A stretch of 64,000 bases of DNA from an uncultured Desulfatitalea sp. (GTDB lineage Bacteria > Desulfobacterota > Desulfobacteria > Desulfobacterales > Desulfosarcinaceae), in NCBI GenBank assembly GCA_963668675.2, contig CAXXMB010000002.1, positions 2,720,001-2,784,000 on the forward strand. The letters run 5' to 3'. Positions 17,964 through 29,974 of the stretch are shown one piece after another. The stretch's first letter is position 1; each line of letters opens with the position of its first letter. Under the pieces are notes generated by a model. The model saw only the letters and a program-made list of their open reading frames with translations. It made no database searches and had not been told where the DNA came from. A program made the position numbers and the translations under genes.

Positions 17964-18833
17964 CTATCCCTCTTCTTCGAATTGAACACCGAAAAGGCCT
18001 GCCGGCCGGACTACGAGAACGAGAATCATGATGGAAAGAGCCACCGCTCCTTTGAGAAATGCTCCTGACGGAAGTAAAAAGACCACCATCGCTTCGGCAA
18101 AACCCAATATGAAGGCCGCATAGAAGCTGCCTTTGATGCTCCCCATACCGCCGAGCACCACCACGGCCATCATCATGATCAGGGGATGGCTCCACATGAA
18201 GGGCTCTATCGTGGTGAGCGGAACGATGATGGCCCCTGTGGCGCCGGCCAATCCCACGGAGATCACCACCGCCATCATGGCCACCCGGCTCTCGTTCATC
18301 CCCATGAGGTTGGCCACCTCACGGTCCTGGGCCGTTGCCCGGATGGCCAGGCCCAGTTTGGTATGCATGAGAAACAGCCGCATGGCCCCAAGTACGACCA
18401 GCACCGACGCAAAGGTGATCAGCTGCTGATAGAAAACCTTGACGCCCAAGATCGTTGCATAACCTTTGATCAGGGCCGGTACGCTGAGGTAATCGCCGGA
18501 GAAGATCAGCAGCATGATCTCCTGCAGGGCGATGGCCAGGGCGATGGTGCCGATCAGTACGGCCTGTTCGTGCTCGCGGATGGGGGCGATGAACACCTTA
18601 AAAACGATGTAGCCGAGGATCGATACCAGGATGACCCCGGTGAGCATGGCCGCCACCGAGTTGAACCCCAGGCGGTAGGTCGTGAAGTAGATACAGTAGG
18701 CCGCCACCATGTAAAACGCCGTATGGGCGATGTTGACGATTCGGGCGACACCGAAAATAAGAGAGAAACCGATCGCAAGCAGCGCATAGGTGCTCCCGTT
18801 GATCAGGCTGGTGATCAAGATATCGATTAACAT
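17964..18833 (-). CDS. livH: LivH-like permease
   Basis: GSTYALLAIGFSLIFGVARIVNIAH, TKLGLAIRATAQD and VVLGGMGSIKG. Confidence 0.93.
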   Translation of the reverse strand: MLIDILITSLINGSTYALLAIGFSLIFGVARIVNIAHTAFYMVAAYCIYFTTYRLGFNSVAAMLTGVILVSILGYIVFKVFIAPIREHEQAVLIGTIALAIALQEIMLLIFSGDYLSVPALIKGYATILGVKVFYQQLITFASVLVVLGAMRLFLMHTKLGLAIRATAQDREVANLMGMNESRVAMMAVVISVGLAGATGAIIVPLTTIEPFMWSHPLIMMMAVVVLGGMGSIKGSFYAAFILGFAEAMVVFLLPSGAFLKGAVALSIMILVLVVRPAGLFGVQFEEEG

Positions 18834-18855
18834 AACACCTCACCGCATTACCTGG

Positions 18856-18894
18856 GCAAGCGCCCCTGGCGGCAATGCCGTCAGGGGCGCTTGC
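18856..18894. terminator. Strong intergenic hairpin between the SBP and permease genes (mRNA stabiliser or partial terminator)
   Basis: GCAAGCGCCCCTG...CAGGGGCGCTTGC is a perfect 13-bp stem that extends inward. No U-tract. Confidence 0.65.
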
Positions 18895-18918
18895 GTCTGT
18901 TCTATGTTTGCGTCGTGG

Positions 18919-20235
18919 CTATTTTTTGTAGGCTTTGATGACCCAGGGCGGAATTTTGTAATCGACGACGCCCTTGTAGGTGATTTCAGGAGCGCCTTCG
19001 GCGGCCACCCAATGGTTGGGCCACACGGCCACCATTTTGCCGTCGATCCACTGGCCGGCCATGCTGGTCAGATAGCCCGGGCCCCAGGTGAGGTCATGCA
19101 GGTGGCGTCCCTCTTTGTCTTTCATGTATTTGACTAACCCACCGGGAGTCTTGTGAACCGAGTCCTCGATCGCGCTGACCAGTTTGTCCTGGTCGAGGCT
19201 GCCCACCTCTTCGATGGTCTGAACGAGTGTGTATTTGATGGCCGAGTAGGTATCCGCGGTGTAGGTCGGGGTCTCTTCGAACTTTTCAACGTAGGTGTCG
19301 ATGAACGGTGTGGTGAGTTCGTTGTATTCCGCCCCACGGATGTAAGTGTTGATGGTGACGATATATTCTCCCATGCCTTGGGTGGCCTGCCAGAAGCCGT
19401 CCTTTTGGCCTTCCACGTTTATGCCAACCTGCACGGCTGGGATTTTCAGCTCACCGCCCTGGCGGGCGAAGGGAATGCCCACGGACGAGGAGAAGATGGT
19501 GAAGATCAAATTCGCGCCGGTGCGCTGGATGGCAGAGAGTTCAGCCGTCACATCAGTAGCCACTGGAGACGGACGCCAAACGCCCACGGGTTCCATCCCG
19601 ACTTTCGGGAGAAAATCTTCGGCGGCCTTTACCATGGGATCGGCCCACATGGCTTTTTCGGCCACGATGGCGACCTTGACTTTGTCGAGGCCCAACTCTT
19701 CTTTAAGAATTTTGCCGATGTACATTACGTGGATGAAACTGGTTTTGACGAGAAAGAACGAATTGAACGGCGTTCCACGGAAGAAATACTTGTAGGTATC
19801 ATAGTCCTTGGCGACCCGTTCGCACAGCTCCGGATGGGCTGCGCCGCAACCGATGAAGATCTTCTGATACTCCATGGCGATGTCCTGCATGGCTAGCACC
19901 GCTTCCGAGCGGAAACCGCCAACTACAAAGTCGACCTTGTTGCGTGTCATGAGCAGTTCCATGGCATTGGTGGCGTCGGCGATGTTGAGGAACTCGTTGG
20001 AGTCGGCTTTGACCAGTTCGATCTTCATCATCTTCTTGCCGACTTTGACACCGCCCTTTGCGTTGATTTCCTCTGCCGCCATGGTGGCGCCGTTCCAGTG
20101 TCCCTTGCCCTGTAAAAACTGCATCGGGCCGATGACACCGATTTTGATGGTGTCCGCCGCCCATGCCGGGGTGCCGAACGACAAGGCCACTGCCCCCATC
20201 AGCAATACGATCATAAGAAGTCTAACGTTTTTCAT
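18919..20235 (-). CDS. LivK-like ABC substrate-binding protein
   Basis: Signal peptide ending PAWA, IKIGVIGP, AAEEINAKGG and VDFVVGGFRSE. Confidence 0.92.
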   Translation of the reverse strand: MKNVRLLMIVLLMGAVALSFGTPAWAADTIKIGVIGPMQFLQGKGHWNGATMAAEEINAKGGVKVGKKMMKIELVKADSNEFLNIADATNAMELLMTRNKVDFVVGGFRSEAVLAMQDIAMEYQKIFIGCGAAHPELCERVAKDYDTYKYFFRGTPFNSFFLVKTSFIHVMYIGKILKEELGLDKVKVAIVAEKAMWADPMVKAAEDFLPKVGMEPVGVWRPSPVATDVTAELSAIQRTGANLIFTIFSSSVGIPFARQGGELKIPAVQVGINVEGQKDGFWQATQGMGEYIVTINTYIRGAEYNELTTPFIDTYVEKFEETPTYTADTYSAIKYTLVQTIEEVGSLDQDKLVSAIEDSVHKTPGGLVKYMKDKEGRHLHDLTWGPGYLTSMAGQWIDGKMVAVWPNHWVAAEGAPEITYKGVVDYKIPPWVIKAYKK

Positions 20236-20814
20236 TGGGTCACTCCTTTCCCGGTTATTGGCACTCACTGCAATACGCTCGGCAGGCAGATGGATCCTGT
20301 CGAGATGGTTCGCCAGGTTTCCAGCAATGCCGGAAGTGGAAAATGGGATTGGTTAAATTTAAGCGGGGTATCAGGAGCCGGCTGGTGTAAAGTTGCCTGT
20401 GGTGTAAAAACCAAGAGTGTTCGATCTGTCTCAACGAGTCGCCCAAGGTAATCGTCCTTTTTCCGCGCTGTTGTGTGCTGCCGGCATGGACTGGTGGCCA
20501 TGTCAGCCTTAGTAGACCGATAAGAATGTGAATTGGGTTCAATAAGTTTTAAGTACGTCATTCCCTTTTGATTTGTCAATAGTCTGATCAAGCGGGCCAA
20601 GGTTTTACGGTTGCATGGACTGTGGGAATATGTTTCATATCCAGATTTTTGTCCTGTTTTGCTACAGTTACCTGTCTTGTCGAAGTGGAGCGGATCTCCC
20701 CCTTTATCCTTGTGAAAACCTCGAAGCGCCTCTAAAATGTACAGATTCGTTTCCATGGGGTTGACGATAGCCACCCCTGTCAGCCGGTTGGTACATCAAA
20801 TTTCGGAGGATTTC

Positions 20815-21639
20815 ATGACCCTGATCAGCGTGAACGAGGAGTGCTGCAAGCGAGACGGCATCTGTGCAGAGGTGTGTCCGGCAGCGATCATCGAATTCAA
20901 GGATAAAGAGGCCTTCCCGACCATGGTCGATGGTGGTGAGGAGGTGTGCATCCGGTGTGGACACTGCGTGGCGGTTTGCCCCCACGGGGCATTGAGCCAT
21001 GCGGATATGAAGACGGAAGAGTGCCCGCTCATCCGAAAAGAGATGATGATCTCGGCCGAGCAGGCCGAGCAGTTTTTGCGCCAACGCAGATCCATCCGGA
21101 CTTACAAGGAGCGCAGGGTCGAGCGCGACCAACTGGAGCGGCTCATCCGGATCGCCCGCTATGCACCCTCGGGCCACAACACGCAACCCGTCGAGTGGAT
21201 GGTCATCTACGAAAAAGAGGAGGTGCACCGGCTCGCCGGCATGGTGATCGACTGGATGCGAACGCTCATCGACGAGGCATCGCCCCTGGTCGAGATGCTT
21301 CATCTGGATCGGGTGGTGGAAAGCTGGGAGGCCGGCACGGAAAGGATTTTCAGAGGCGCCCCGCACCTGATCCTCACCCATGCGCACGAGGAGAACCGCA
21401 CCGCCCAGAGCGGGTGTACCATTGCTTTGACCTATCTCGAACTGATGGCCACCGGCATGGGGTTGGGCGCCTGCTGGGCCGGGTACTTCACCGCTGCGGC
21501 GCTTTTCTGGCCGCCCGTCATGAAGGCCCTTAATTTGCCAGAGGGCCATGTGGTTTACGGCGCGCTGATGATCGGCTATCCCAAACACCGCTACCACCGG
21601 ATGCCGTTACGCAACGAGCCCGGCATCACCTGGCGTTAG
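20815..21639 (+). CDS. Nitroreductase with N-terminal 2x[4Fe-4S]-like domain
   Basis: CKRDGICAEVCP, CIRCGHCVAVCP, RRSIRTY, APSGHNTQP and GLGACWAG. GGAGGA RBS. Confidence 0.94.
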   Translation: MTLISVNEECCKRDGICAEVCPAAIIEFKDKEAFPTMVDGGEEVCIRCGHCVAVCPHGALSHADMKTEECPLIRKEMMISAEQAEQFLRQRRSIRTYKERRVERDQLERLIRIARYAPSGHNTQPVEWMVIYEKEEVHRLAGMVIDWMRTLIDEASPLVEMLHLDRVVESWEAGTERIFRGAPHLILTHAHEENRTAQSGCTIALTYLELMATGMGLGACWAGYFTAAALFWPPVMKALNLPEGHVVYGALMIGYPKHRYHRMPLRNEPGITWR

Positions 21640-21640
21640 G

Positions 21641-23677
<2,037 letters not shown>

Positions 23678-23736
23678 GCCCTCCGGCCGTTTTCAACGAT
23701 AGGGTAAACCCCAAACTTCGCTTTTCCCGGAGGCGT

Positions 23737-24663
23737 TTACACAATCCAGAGTGCATGATCGGTGAGGCGGTCGATCAGATAGCGGGAGGTGCTGCCGTAG
23801 AAAAAGGAGCGGCCGCTGCCGCTTCGGCCGATGACAACCGTCTCGTAACCGCCGCTCTCGGCTTTTTTGGTGATCATTTTTCCAACTTTGGCTGTTTTTG
23901 TTTTAACGAGCACCTCTATCTGGTCGTTGGTTAGGCCCGCCGAAACCATCTCCTCGATCGCTTCGGTCCGAAAACGCGCGATCATCTCCTCTTCATGGCG
24001 CGAGAGCATCGCTGCCATGTCGTAGGTTTCAGGGCTGACGGCACCCAAGTGGTCCGCCCAGTTCTCCTGGCGAATGTGGAAAAAGGTCAGATGCAGATGG
24101 GTCATTCCGGCCAACAGGCGACCTAACCGGCTGAGCATATCCGACCAGGAGGCCATCACGTCTACTCCAATGAGCAAGCGCTTGGGTTTGACCTCACCGT
24201 CCACGATCCACAAGGTTTGCTTTTCGCTATACTCCACCAGTTTGCTGCTCGCACTGCCCATGAAGAGTTTTTGTGCCCGGGTCAATCCCCTGCGGCCGGC
24301 AACAATGGCGTCATAGCCATATTTCAGCCCATATTCGAGAATGTCTTTGGCAAGGCCCAATGTCCGTTCATGGCTTACGATATCGATGTCGGCTTCGGCG
24401 ATGCCTTGCCGCAGCAACTGCTCCTTGCTTTTGTTCAGCATCTGATCCGAATCGGAATGGTGCTTTTCGTGCAGCTTTTTCAATGACAGCCGCACACCCT
24501 CATCTCTCTTGGCTTCATCGACCAGATACTGCGACATGATGGGGTGAACGTTGATCAGCGTGCATTGGCAATCGGCCCCGCCTTTCGCATAGGAGGCGGC
24601 GTAATTCAGTGCACGCTTCGCATGTATGGAGCCATCTGTTGCGATCAGTAATTTTTTCTTCAT
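23737..24663 (-). CDS. Universal stress protein (tandem USP domains)
   Basis: KLLIATDGS, AGRRGL...FMGSASSKL, and a second VIGRSG...YGSTS. Confidence 0.92.
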   Translation of the reverse strand: MKKKLLIATDGSIHAKRALNYAASYAKGGADCQCTLINVHPIMSQYLVDEAKRDEGVRLSLKKLHEKHHSDSDQMLNKSKEQLLRQGIAEADIDIVSHERTLGLAKDILEYGLKYGYDAIVAGRRGLTRAQKLFMGSASSKLVEYSEKQTLWIVDGEVKPKRLLIGVDVMASWSDMLSRLGRLLAGMTHLHLTFFHIRQENWADHLGAVSPETYDMAAMLSRHEEEMIARFRTEAIEEMVSAGLTNDQIEVLVKTKTAKVGKMITKKAESGGYETVVIGRSGSGRSFFYGSTSRYLIDRLTDHALWIV

Positions 24664-24742
24664 GGCGGCTTTCCTTCCTCTTGAGGCCATCTCATCCTCG
24701 TCAATAGTGCTGTATCGACAGTTGAACTCATCTAATGGGATG

Positions 24743-24759
24743 AGCAGAAAACATGCCAG
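24743..24759 (-). promoter_or_regulatory. sigma54 (-24/-12) promoter upstream of the USP gene
   Basis: Minus strand CTGGCATGTTTTCTGCT (GG-N10-GC). Confidence 0.6.
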
Positions 24760-24901
24760 CGCGAGAGGCGGAATATGCGGCGGTTTGATTCCGTAAGTCG
24801 GGGGAGCGACATCTGCTAACAGATTGATATTGAGATGATTTGCAGGGACTGGGTCCTCTTTTTATAGAATGGACGGCGGCGCTTGGCCGGATCGTTGAAC
24901 G

Positions 24902-24918
24902 TTGGCACGTTGTTGGCT
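24902..24918 (+). promoter_or_regulatory. Possible sigma54 promoter upstream of the MCP gene
   Basis: TTGGCACGTTGTTGGCT (GG-N10-GC; the -12 element is imperfect). Confidence 0.45.
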
Positions 24919-24968
24919 TCTTTTACAGGGTGTAAAGCCGTTGAAAGAAGGCCCCCTCTGTTTCCAGC

Positions 24969-24995
24969 TATAGTTTCGAAAACAGATGCCGATAT
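24969..24995 (+). promoter_or_regulatory. sigma28 (FliA)-type promoter upstream of the MCP gene
   Basis: TATA-N15-GCCGATAT versus the consensus TAAA-N15-GCCGATAA. Confidence 0.6.
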
Positions 24996-25065
24996 TCAAG
25001 TTGATCGGCAATCGTCGGTTCCCAAAAAAAAACTGGAAATGAGCTGAGAAAGGGTGGAAGCCAAA

Positions 25066-27000
25066 ATGAGAGCTTGGAAGCTAAATCGACAATTGGCATT
25101 CGGATTTGCGCTGGTCCTGTTTTTTACCGGTATCGTCGGATTGGCGGGTTTGATATCCCTGCGAAATGTTTCGAAAGTGATGGATACATACCGCCAGGTC
25201 AATAAGGCACAAAGCGACTTCAGCGGCGCCGAACAGCACATTGCGCAATTTTTGCTGAACAGCCACGCGCAGGGACGAGAAGAACAGGCCGAGGCCGGCA
25301 AGGCGGCCACCGGGAAAATGGCCGGCATCATAGAAGGAATCAAAGCCGCTGAAGCGCAAGCCGATCTTGCCGAAGCGGCCAGAGAGAGCCTGAAAGCCCT
25401 TTTGGACAGCTATCTTGATTTTCAGAACAGCTTTGCCCGTTTTGCCGAATTTGAAAGTGCCAAAATTGTCGAAGAACAAAAAACCGTTGCATTGCTAGAG
25501 ACGTATGACGAATTGATCAAGAAAGGCGTATTCCGAACCGACGAGATGCTGGTGGCGAAAGGTTTTATTCAATCCAGTGCCTTCGGCTATTTCGAGCGCC
25601 CCACAGCGCAACGCAAGGCAGAGATAGACGCACATCAAGCAAAGTTTTCGCAAGCGATGGCCAAATGGAACACCCTCATCGAAAACAGCGACGATCTTCT
25701 CAAAGTTCATGCCCAGATCAAAACACGATTCGAACAGATCGGCCAATCCTTGCAAAAGCACTACGACCAGGTTCTCAGCCAGCAAGAGATGCAGCTGAAG
25801 ATGCACGCCGCCGAGAACAGCATCAGCCAAATGACCGCTGGACTCATCGGAAAGGCGACCGAAAAATTGGAAGAGGTCCAATCCGTTTCTTTGTCGATTA
25901 TCGGAATAGCCGTCCTGGCCGCCGTGCTGATGGGCGCCCTGTTTGCCTGGTTGACAGCAAGATCGATCACCGGCCCCATTAAACAGGTGACCGCCGGCCT
26001 TCAGGATGTGGCCGAGGGCGAGGGGGATCTGACCAAGCGGCTAAACCTCGACTACAAAAACGAGGTGGGTGAACTGGCCAACTGGTTCAATGTTTTTATG
26101 GATAAGCTGAACCGGATGATTCGTGAGATCGCCGGTAACGCATCCCAACTGGACCAATCTTCCACCCAACTGTTACAGCTGTCGGCCAGCATGTCCGAAG
26201 CGGCCGGAAATATGTCCGGACGTGCGTCTTCGGTGGCCGGCGCCACCGAAGAGATGAGCACCACCATGACATCGGTGGCGGCTTCGAGCGAACAAGCCTC
26301 GACCAGTGCCAACCTGGTGGCCGCGGCCGTAGAAGAGATGAATGCCTCGGTGAGCGAAATTGCGTCCAACTCCGAGAAAGCCAGGAGTGTTACCGAAACG
26401 GCCGTGGCCAAAACCAACACCACCTCGGAGCGGGTTCACCAGCTGGGCGCTGCAGCTGAGGCGATCAGCAAGGTAACAGAGGTGATTACCGAAATATCGG
26501 AACAGACCAACCTGTTGGCCCTCAATGCCACCATCGAGGCGGCCCGGGCCGGCGAAGCCGGTAAGGGGTTTGCCGTAGTGGCCAACGAGATCAAAGAGCT
26601 GGCTGCCCAAACCTCCCAGGCTACCCAGGATATCAAAGCCAAAATCAGCGACATTCAAAACTCGACCGGTTTGACCGTCTCTGAAATCGGCGAGATCTCC
26701 GAGGTGATCAACCACGTCAACGAAACCGTGGCCATCATCGCCTCTGCCGTCGAAGAGCAGGCGGTCACCACCCGCGATATTGCCGACAACATCAGCCAGA
26801 CCTCTCTCGGCATTCAGGAGGTGAACACCAACGTGGCCCAGAGCTCAGCAGTATCGGCGGATATCGCCGAAGAGGTGGGCAAGGTGAACAGCGACGCCGG
26901 AGACATATCCAACAGCAGCGCCACAGTTAAGCTGAACGCCGAAGAGCTCTCCAGCCTCTCCGAGCAACTCAGTGGCGTGGTGGGGCGGTTCAAATACTAA
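25066..27000 (+). CDS. Methyl-accepting chemotaxis protein (helical periplasmic domain, HAMP)
   Basis: Two TM segments, HAMP (GDLTKRL...NEVGELA) and [34 protein letters not shown]. Confidence 0.96.
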   Translation: MRAWKLNRQLAFGFALVLFFTGIVGLAGLISLRNVSKVMDTYRQVNKAQSDFSGAEQHIAQFLLNSHAQGREEQAEAGKAATGKMAGIIEGIKAAEAQADLAEAARESLKALLDSYLDFQNSFARFAEFESAKIVEEQKTVALLETYDELIKKGVFRTDEMLVAKGFIQSSAFGYFERPTAQRKAEIDAHQAKFSQAMAKWNTLIENSDDLLKVHAQIKTRFEQIGQSLQKHYDQVLSQQEMQLKMHAAENSISQMTAGLIGKATEKLEEVQSVSLSIIGIAVLAAVLMGALFAWLTARSITGPIKQVTAGLQDVAEGEGDLTKRLNLDYKNEVGELANWFNVFMDKLNRMIREIAGNASQLDQSSTQLLQLSASMSEAAGNMSGRASSVAGATEEMSTTMTSVAASSEQASTSANLVAAAVEEMNASVSEIASNSEKARSVTETAVAKTNTTSERVHQLGAAAEAISKVTEVITEISEQTNLLALNATIEAARAGEAGKGFAVVANEIKELAAQTSQATQDIKAKISDIQNSTGLTVSEIGEISEVINHVNETVAIIASAVEEQAVTTRDIADNISQTSLGIQEVNTNVAQSSAVSADIAEEVGKVNSDAGDISNSSATVKLNAEELSSLSEQLSGVVGRFKY

Positions 27001-27026
27001 CTCATTGAAAAAATGAGGAGCACATC

Positions 27027-27054
27027 CAACGCCGGCGAGTTACCGTCGGCGTTG
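27027..27054 (+). terminator. Hairpin after the MCP gene
   Basis: CAACGCCGGCG-agttac-CGTCGGCGTTG, with no clear U-tract. Confidence 0.5.
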
Positions 27055-27264
27055 TGCCTCAATGACTTTATCCCTCCCCTTGCAAGGGGCTTGTACCGGT
27101 CGGATCTTTCCGGCTTTTCTCAATTGGGACAGGCTTTCATTTTATTGCCGGTATCAACGATATCGATCTCTTTTCTTTCCTTTTTCTATCCGTTTGCTAC
27201 GAATAAATGGTGGTGCCATTTGAGCATACGGCTGTCACCGCTATGAGGAATTGAGGGTTTTTTA

Positions 27265-27293
27265 TTGACACAGCATATGCTGAGCGGCATATT
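27265..27293 (+). promoter_or_regulatory. sigma70 promoter with overlapping palindromic operator upstream of the ADH gene
   Basis: TTGACA-N17-CATATT, overlapped by ATATGC-TGAGCG-GCATAT (27275-27292). Confidence 0.6.
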
Positions 27294-27506
27294 TATGCGT
27301 TTATTGATGGTCATGTGTGAGCAGACCGGTCATCAATCTTAGATGTGGGTTTATCAGGTGGCGTCGCGCAATCCTGCGCATTTCGCTTTCTCGTTGGTTG
27401 AACATTTTGGGTGACATCGACTCGATCCCCGCTTCAAAGGGAGTGGTTGAATACGCCCCAGAAAACAGACAACTTGAACTTTATTAAACGGATATAGGGG
27501 GTCATC

Positions 27507-28682
27507 ATGTCGAACAACTACAGATTTCATTGCCCGGTGAAAGTGGTCTCCGGAAAGAGTGCCCTGGATAAACTTCCCAGCGAATTCAAACAACTCGGTG
27601 GGAATCGGCCAATTATTGTCACTGACCAAGGTGTGGCCAAGGCCGGACTGCTCGATCTGATTCGAGGCGCCGTGGCCGAGTCCGAACTTACCATCGGGGC
27701 GGTCTATGATCAGGTGCCGCCGGACTCTCCGATCTCCTCCATTTTGGATATTGTGGAGATGTACAAGCAGAACGATTGCGATTGCATCCTTGCCGTGGGC
27801 GGCGGATCGACTATCGATACGGCCAAGGGGGTCAAGATCAAGTTGGCTGACCCGGATATCGATCTGATGAATTTCAAGGCGGTGCTGCGTATGGTCAAGC
27901 CGACCCGGCCGCTGATCGTGATCCCCACCACCGCCGGCACCGGCTCTGAAGTGACATCGGCGGCGGTGATCTCCGATCCGGACAAAGCGATCAAGCTTTC
28001 CCTGATCTCGCCGTCCATGCCGCCCAACACAGCGGTGATCGATCCGCGCATGACCGCTACCCTGCCGCCGCGGCTGACTGCCTCGACCGGCATGGACGCC
28101 TTGACCCATGCGGTGGAAGCCTGCCTGGGGATCCAGAAGAACCCGATCAGCGACGCGGTGGCCGCATCGGCCATCAAACTGATTTTCGAAAATCTGGTCG
28201 AGGTGGTCAAGAACGGTCAGAACCTGGAGGCTCGCCTGGCCATGGCCAATGCCGCCACCATGGCCGGCATCGCCTTCTCCAACTCCATGGTGACCATGGT
28301 GCATGCCCTGGGCCACTCGCTGGGCGCCATCTGCCATCTGCCCCACGGCGATGCCATGACCATCTGCCTGCCTGATGGGCTCGAGTTTAATCTCGATACG
28401 ATCGGCGACGAGTTGGGTGAACTACTGCTGCCTATTGCCGGTGCCAAGGCGTATGCAAATACGCCAAAGGGGCAGCGTGGCCAACGGGTCATTGAAAAGA
28501 TCAGGGAGTTGCGCCAGACCCTGCACGATCTCAGCGGTTTGCCGATTTCGTTGAAGGATGCCGGTGTCTCCGCGGACAAACTTTCGGCTGTCGCGGGGAT
28601 ATCTCCTAAGGATGGGGCGGCTTATTACAACCGGAAAAAATTTACTGCCGAAGAAGCCTTGGAAGTATTGAAGAAAATGTAA
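27507..28682 (+). CDS. Iron-containing alcohol dehydrogenase
   Basis: AVGGGSTIDTAK, IPTTAGTGSE, GMDALTHAVE and VHALGH...HG. Confidence 0.95.
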   Translation: MSNNYRFHCPVKVVSGKSALDKLPSEFKQLGGNRPIIVTDQGVAKAGLLDLIRGAVAESELTIGAVYDQVPPDSPISSILDIVEMYKQNDCDCILAVGGGSTIDTAKGVKIKLADPDIDLMNFKAVLRMVKPTRPLIVIPTTAGTGSEVTSAAVISDPDKAIKLSLISPSMPPNTAVIDPRMTATLPPRLTASTGMDALTHAVEACLGIQKNPISDAVAASAIKLIFENLVEVVKNGQNLEARLAMANAATMAGIAFSNSMVTMVHALGHSLGAICHLPHGDAMTICLPDGLEFNLDTIGDELGELLLPIAGAKAYANTPKGQRGQRVIEKIRELRQTLHDLSGLPISLKDAGVSADKLSAVAGISPKDGAAYYNRKKFTAEEALEVLKKM

Positions 28683-28717
28683 AGCGGCCATTGAAGGGCG
28701 CTTTCTGTTTTTGACTT

Positions 28718-28793
28718 GTAAGGGCGGGGTTTATCCCCGCCTTTGCTTTTTGTGAATTAGAGCTTCACGGGCGGGGATAAACCCCGCCCCTAC
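28718..28793. repeat. Inverted pair of GTAG-family REP sequences (REPIN-like) between convergent genes
   Basis: GTAAGGGCGGGGTTTATCCCCGCC ... GGGCGGGGATAAACCCCGCCCCTAC; each unit is itself palindromic. Confidence 0.85.
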
Positions 28794-28804
28794 AAAAAGC
28801 GTGT

Positions 28805-29326
28805 CTATAGGACCGGTTTCTCTTCGATCTCTACCTCGAAATTTTCCAAAAAGCGTGACACCATCATGTAGTACCCGATGGTAATGGTCAACTCTGCCAG
28901 CTCTCGATGCGACATCGCTTCGGCCAGGGCGTTGAAGGTCGAGTCACCGGCTTTGACATTGTGCACCACCTGATCGGTATATCGCAGCACCTTGCGTTCG
29001 ATATCATTGAAAATGGGATGGTCCGGGCCATCTTCCAGTGCCGCGATCTTCTCATCGCCGACACCGACACCGCGCGCTACACGTTTGTGCTGAAAGACTT
29101 CATATCCCGCTCGGCTCAGGATGCCGACCCGCAGAATAGCAAGCTCCCTCAGTTGGCTGTCGAGTTGATTCTCCCTGAGCAGCGCCCCTCCCAGTTTTAA
29201 GAACCCCACAGCTGCCGGCCCGCTGTGGGCCAGCATGCGATAGATGTTGAGCGGGGGGCGGGTCTCGACGGCTTTGCGGAGTGCTTCGTCGGCTTCGGCC
29301 ATGTCAAAGTAGGGGATGCGCGGCAT
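28805..29326 (-). CDS. Carboxymuconolactone decarboxylase/AhpD-like family protein
   Basis: LNIYRMLAH, LRELAILRV...YEVFQH and ELTITIGYY. GAGGAG RBS before 29326. Confidence 0.88.
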   Translation of the reverse strand: MPRIPYFDMAEADEALRKAVETRPPLNIYRMLAHSGPAAVGFLKLGGALLRENQLDSQLRELAILRVGILSRAGYEVFQHKRVARGVGVGDEKIAALEDGPDHPIFNDIERKVLRYTDQVVHNVKAGDSTFNALAEAMSHRELAELTITIGYYMMVSRFLENFEVEIEEKPVL

Positions 29327-29491
29327 ATAGTCTCCTCTCTCAATTAAAAGGTAAGGATGCCATTGTCCGCAATCCCTATCCGACACGGAGGCGTTGTCCG
29401 GAGTCTCAGCGGTTGCGGCACTGCACGGGCTATGGGCGCAATTGTAGCAGAGGTTTCTCAATATGTCATATTTGGGGGGAAGTAAGGGGGG

Positions 29492-29896
29492 CTACTGCCC
29501 GAAGATCGAGCTGATGAAACAGCCCCCACCGCCGCTGGAACTTGTGCCGCTGCTGTCGCCACCCTCAAGGGCGTTGTCGCTGCTTTCACCGTCTGATAAT
29601 GAAGCGAGGTATACCTCGTTGGAGTCACCGCTCTCATTTCCGTCGCTGTCGTATGCCCTTACGACGAAATAGTAGGATTCGTACTCGTCGAATCCCGTAA
29701 CGGTGCATTGGGAGGAGGTGCCTTGCCATTCGGGGTCGTTGTAGGCATACGACTCGCCGCGTTCACGGGCGTAGAGCCGGTAGCCTGAAGCATCGGTGCT
29801 GGGGTCCCATGCCAGAGTGACGTCTCTGGCGATTGCCATGGTTGGGAGTATGAATATCAGCAGGATTAGGAGTGCAACACTTTTTATTGAATGCAT
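29492..29896 (-). CDS. Secreted single-FN3 protein with Ser/Gly linker and C-terminal GGGGCFI motif
   Basis: Signal peptide, VTLAWD...GYRLY...YYFVVRAYD..GNES..SNEV, and tail SSGGGGCFISSIFGQ. Confidence 0.88.
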   Translation of the reverse strand: MHSIKSVALLILLIFILPTMAIARDVTLAWDPSTDASGYRLYARERGESYAYNDPEWQGTSSQCTVTGFDEYESYYFVVRAYDSDGNESGDSNEVYLASLSDGESSDNALEGGDSSGTSSSGGGGCFISSIFGQ

Positions 29897-29957
29897 TCGG
29901 TTCCTTTAGCCTTAAGCGAATTTGGTGCGTGCGGAGAAGCGCACCTCCCAGAGAGTA

Positions 29958-29974
29958 AGCAATGTTGGTGCCAG
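29958..29974 (-). promoter_or_regulatory. sigma54 promoter of the FN3-GGGGCFI gene
   Basis: Minus strand CTGGCACCAACATTGCT, matching TGGCAC-N5-TTGC. Confidence 0.8.

Noticed and set aside
20265..20774. 169-aa ORF in the SBP/nitroreductase spacer
   Set aside because: No motifs or convincing RBS; the region looks like divergent promoter DNA.
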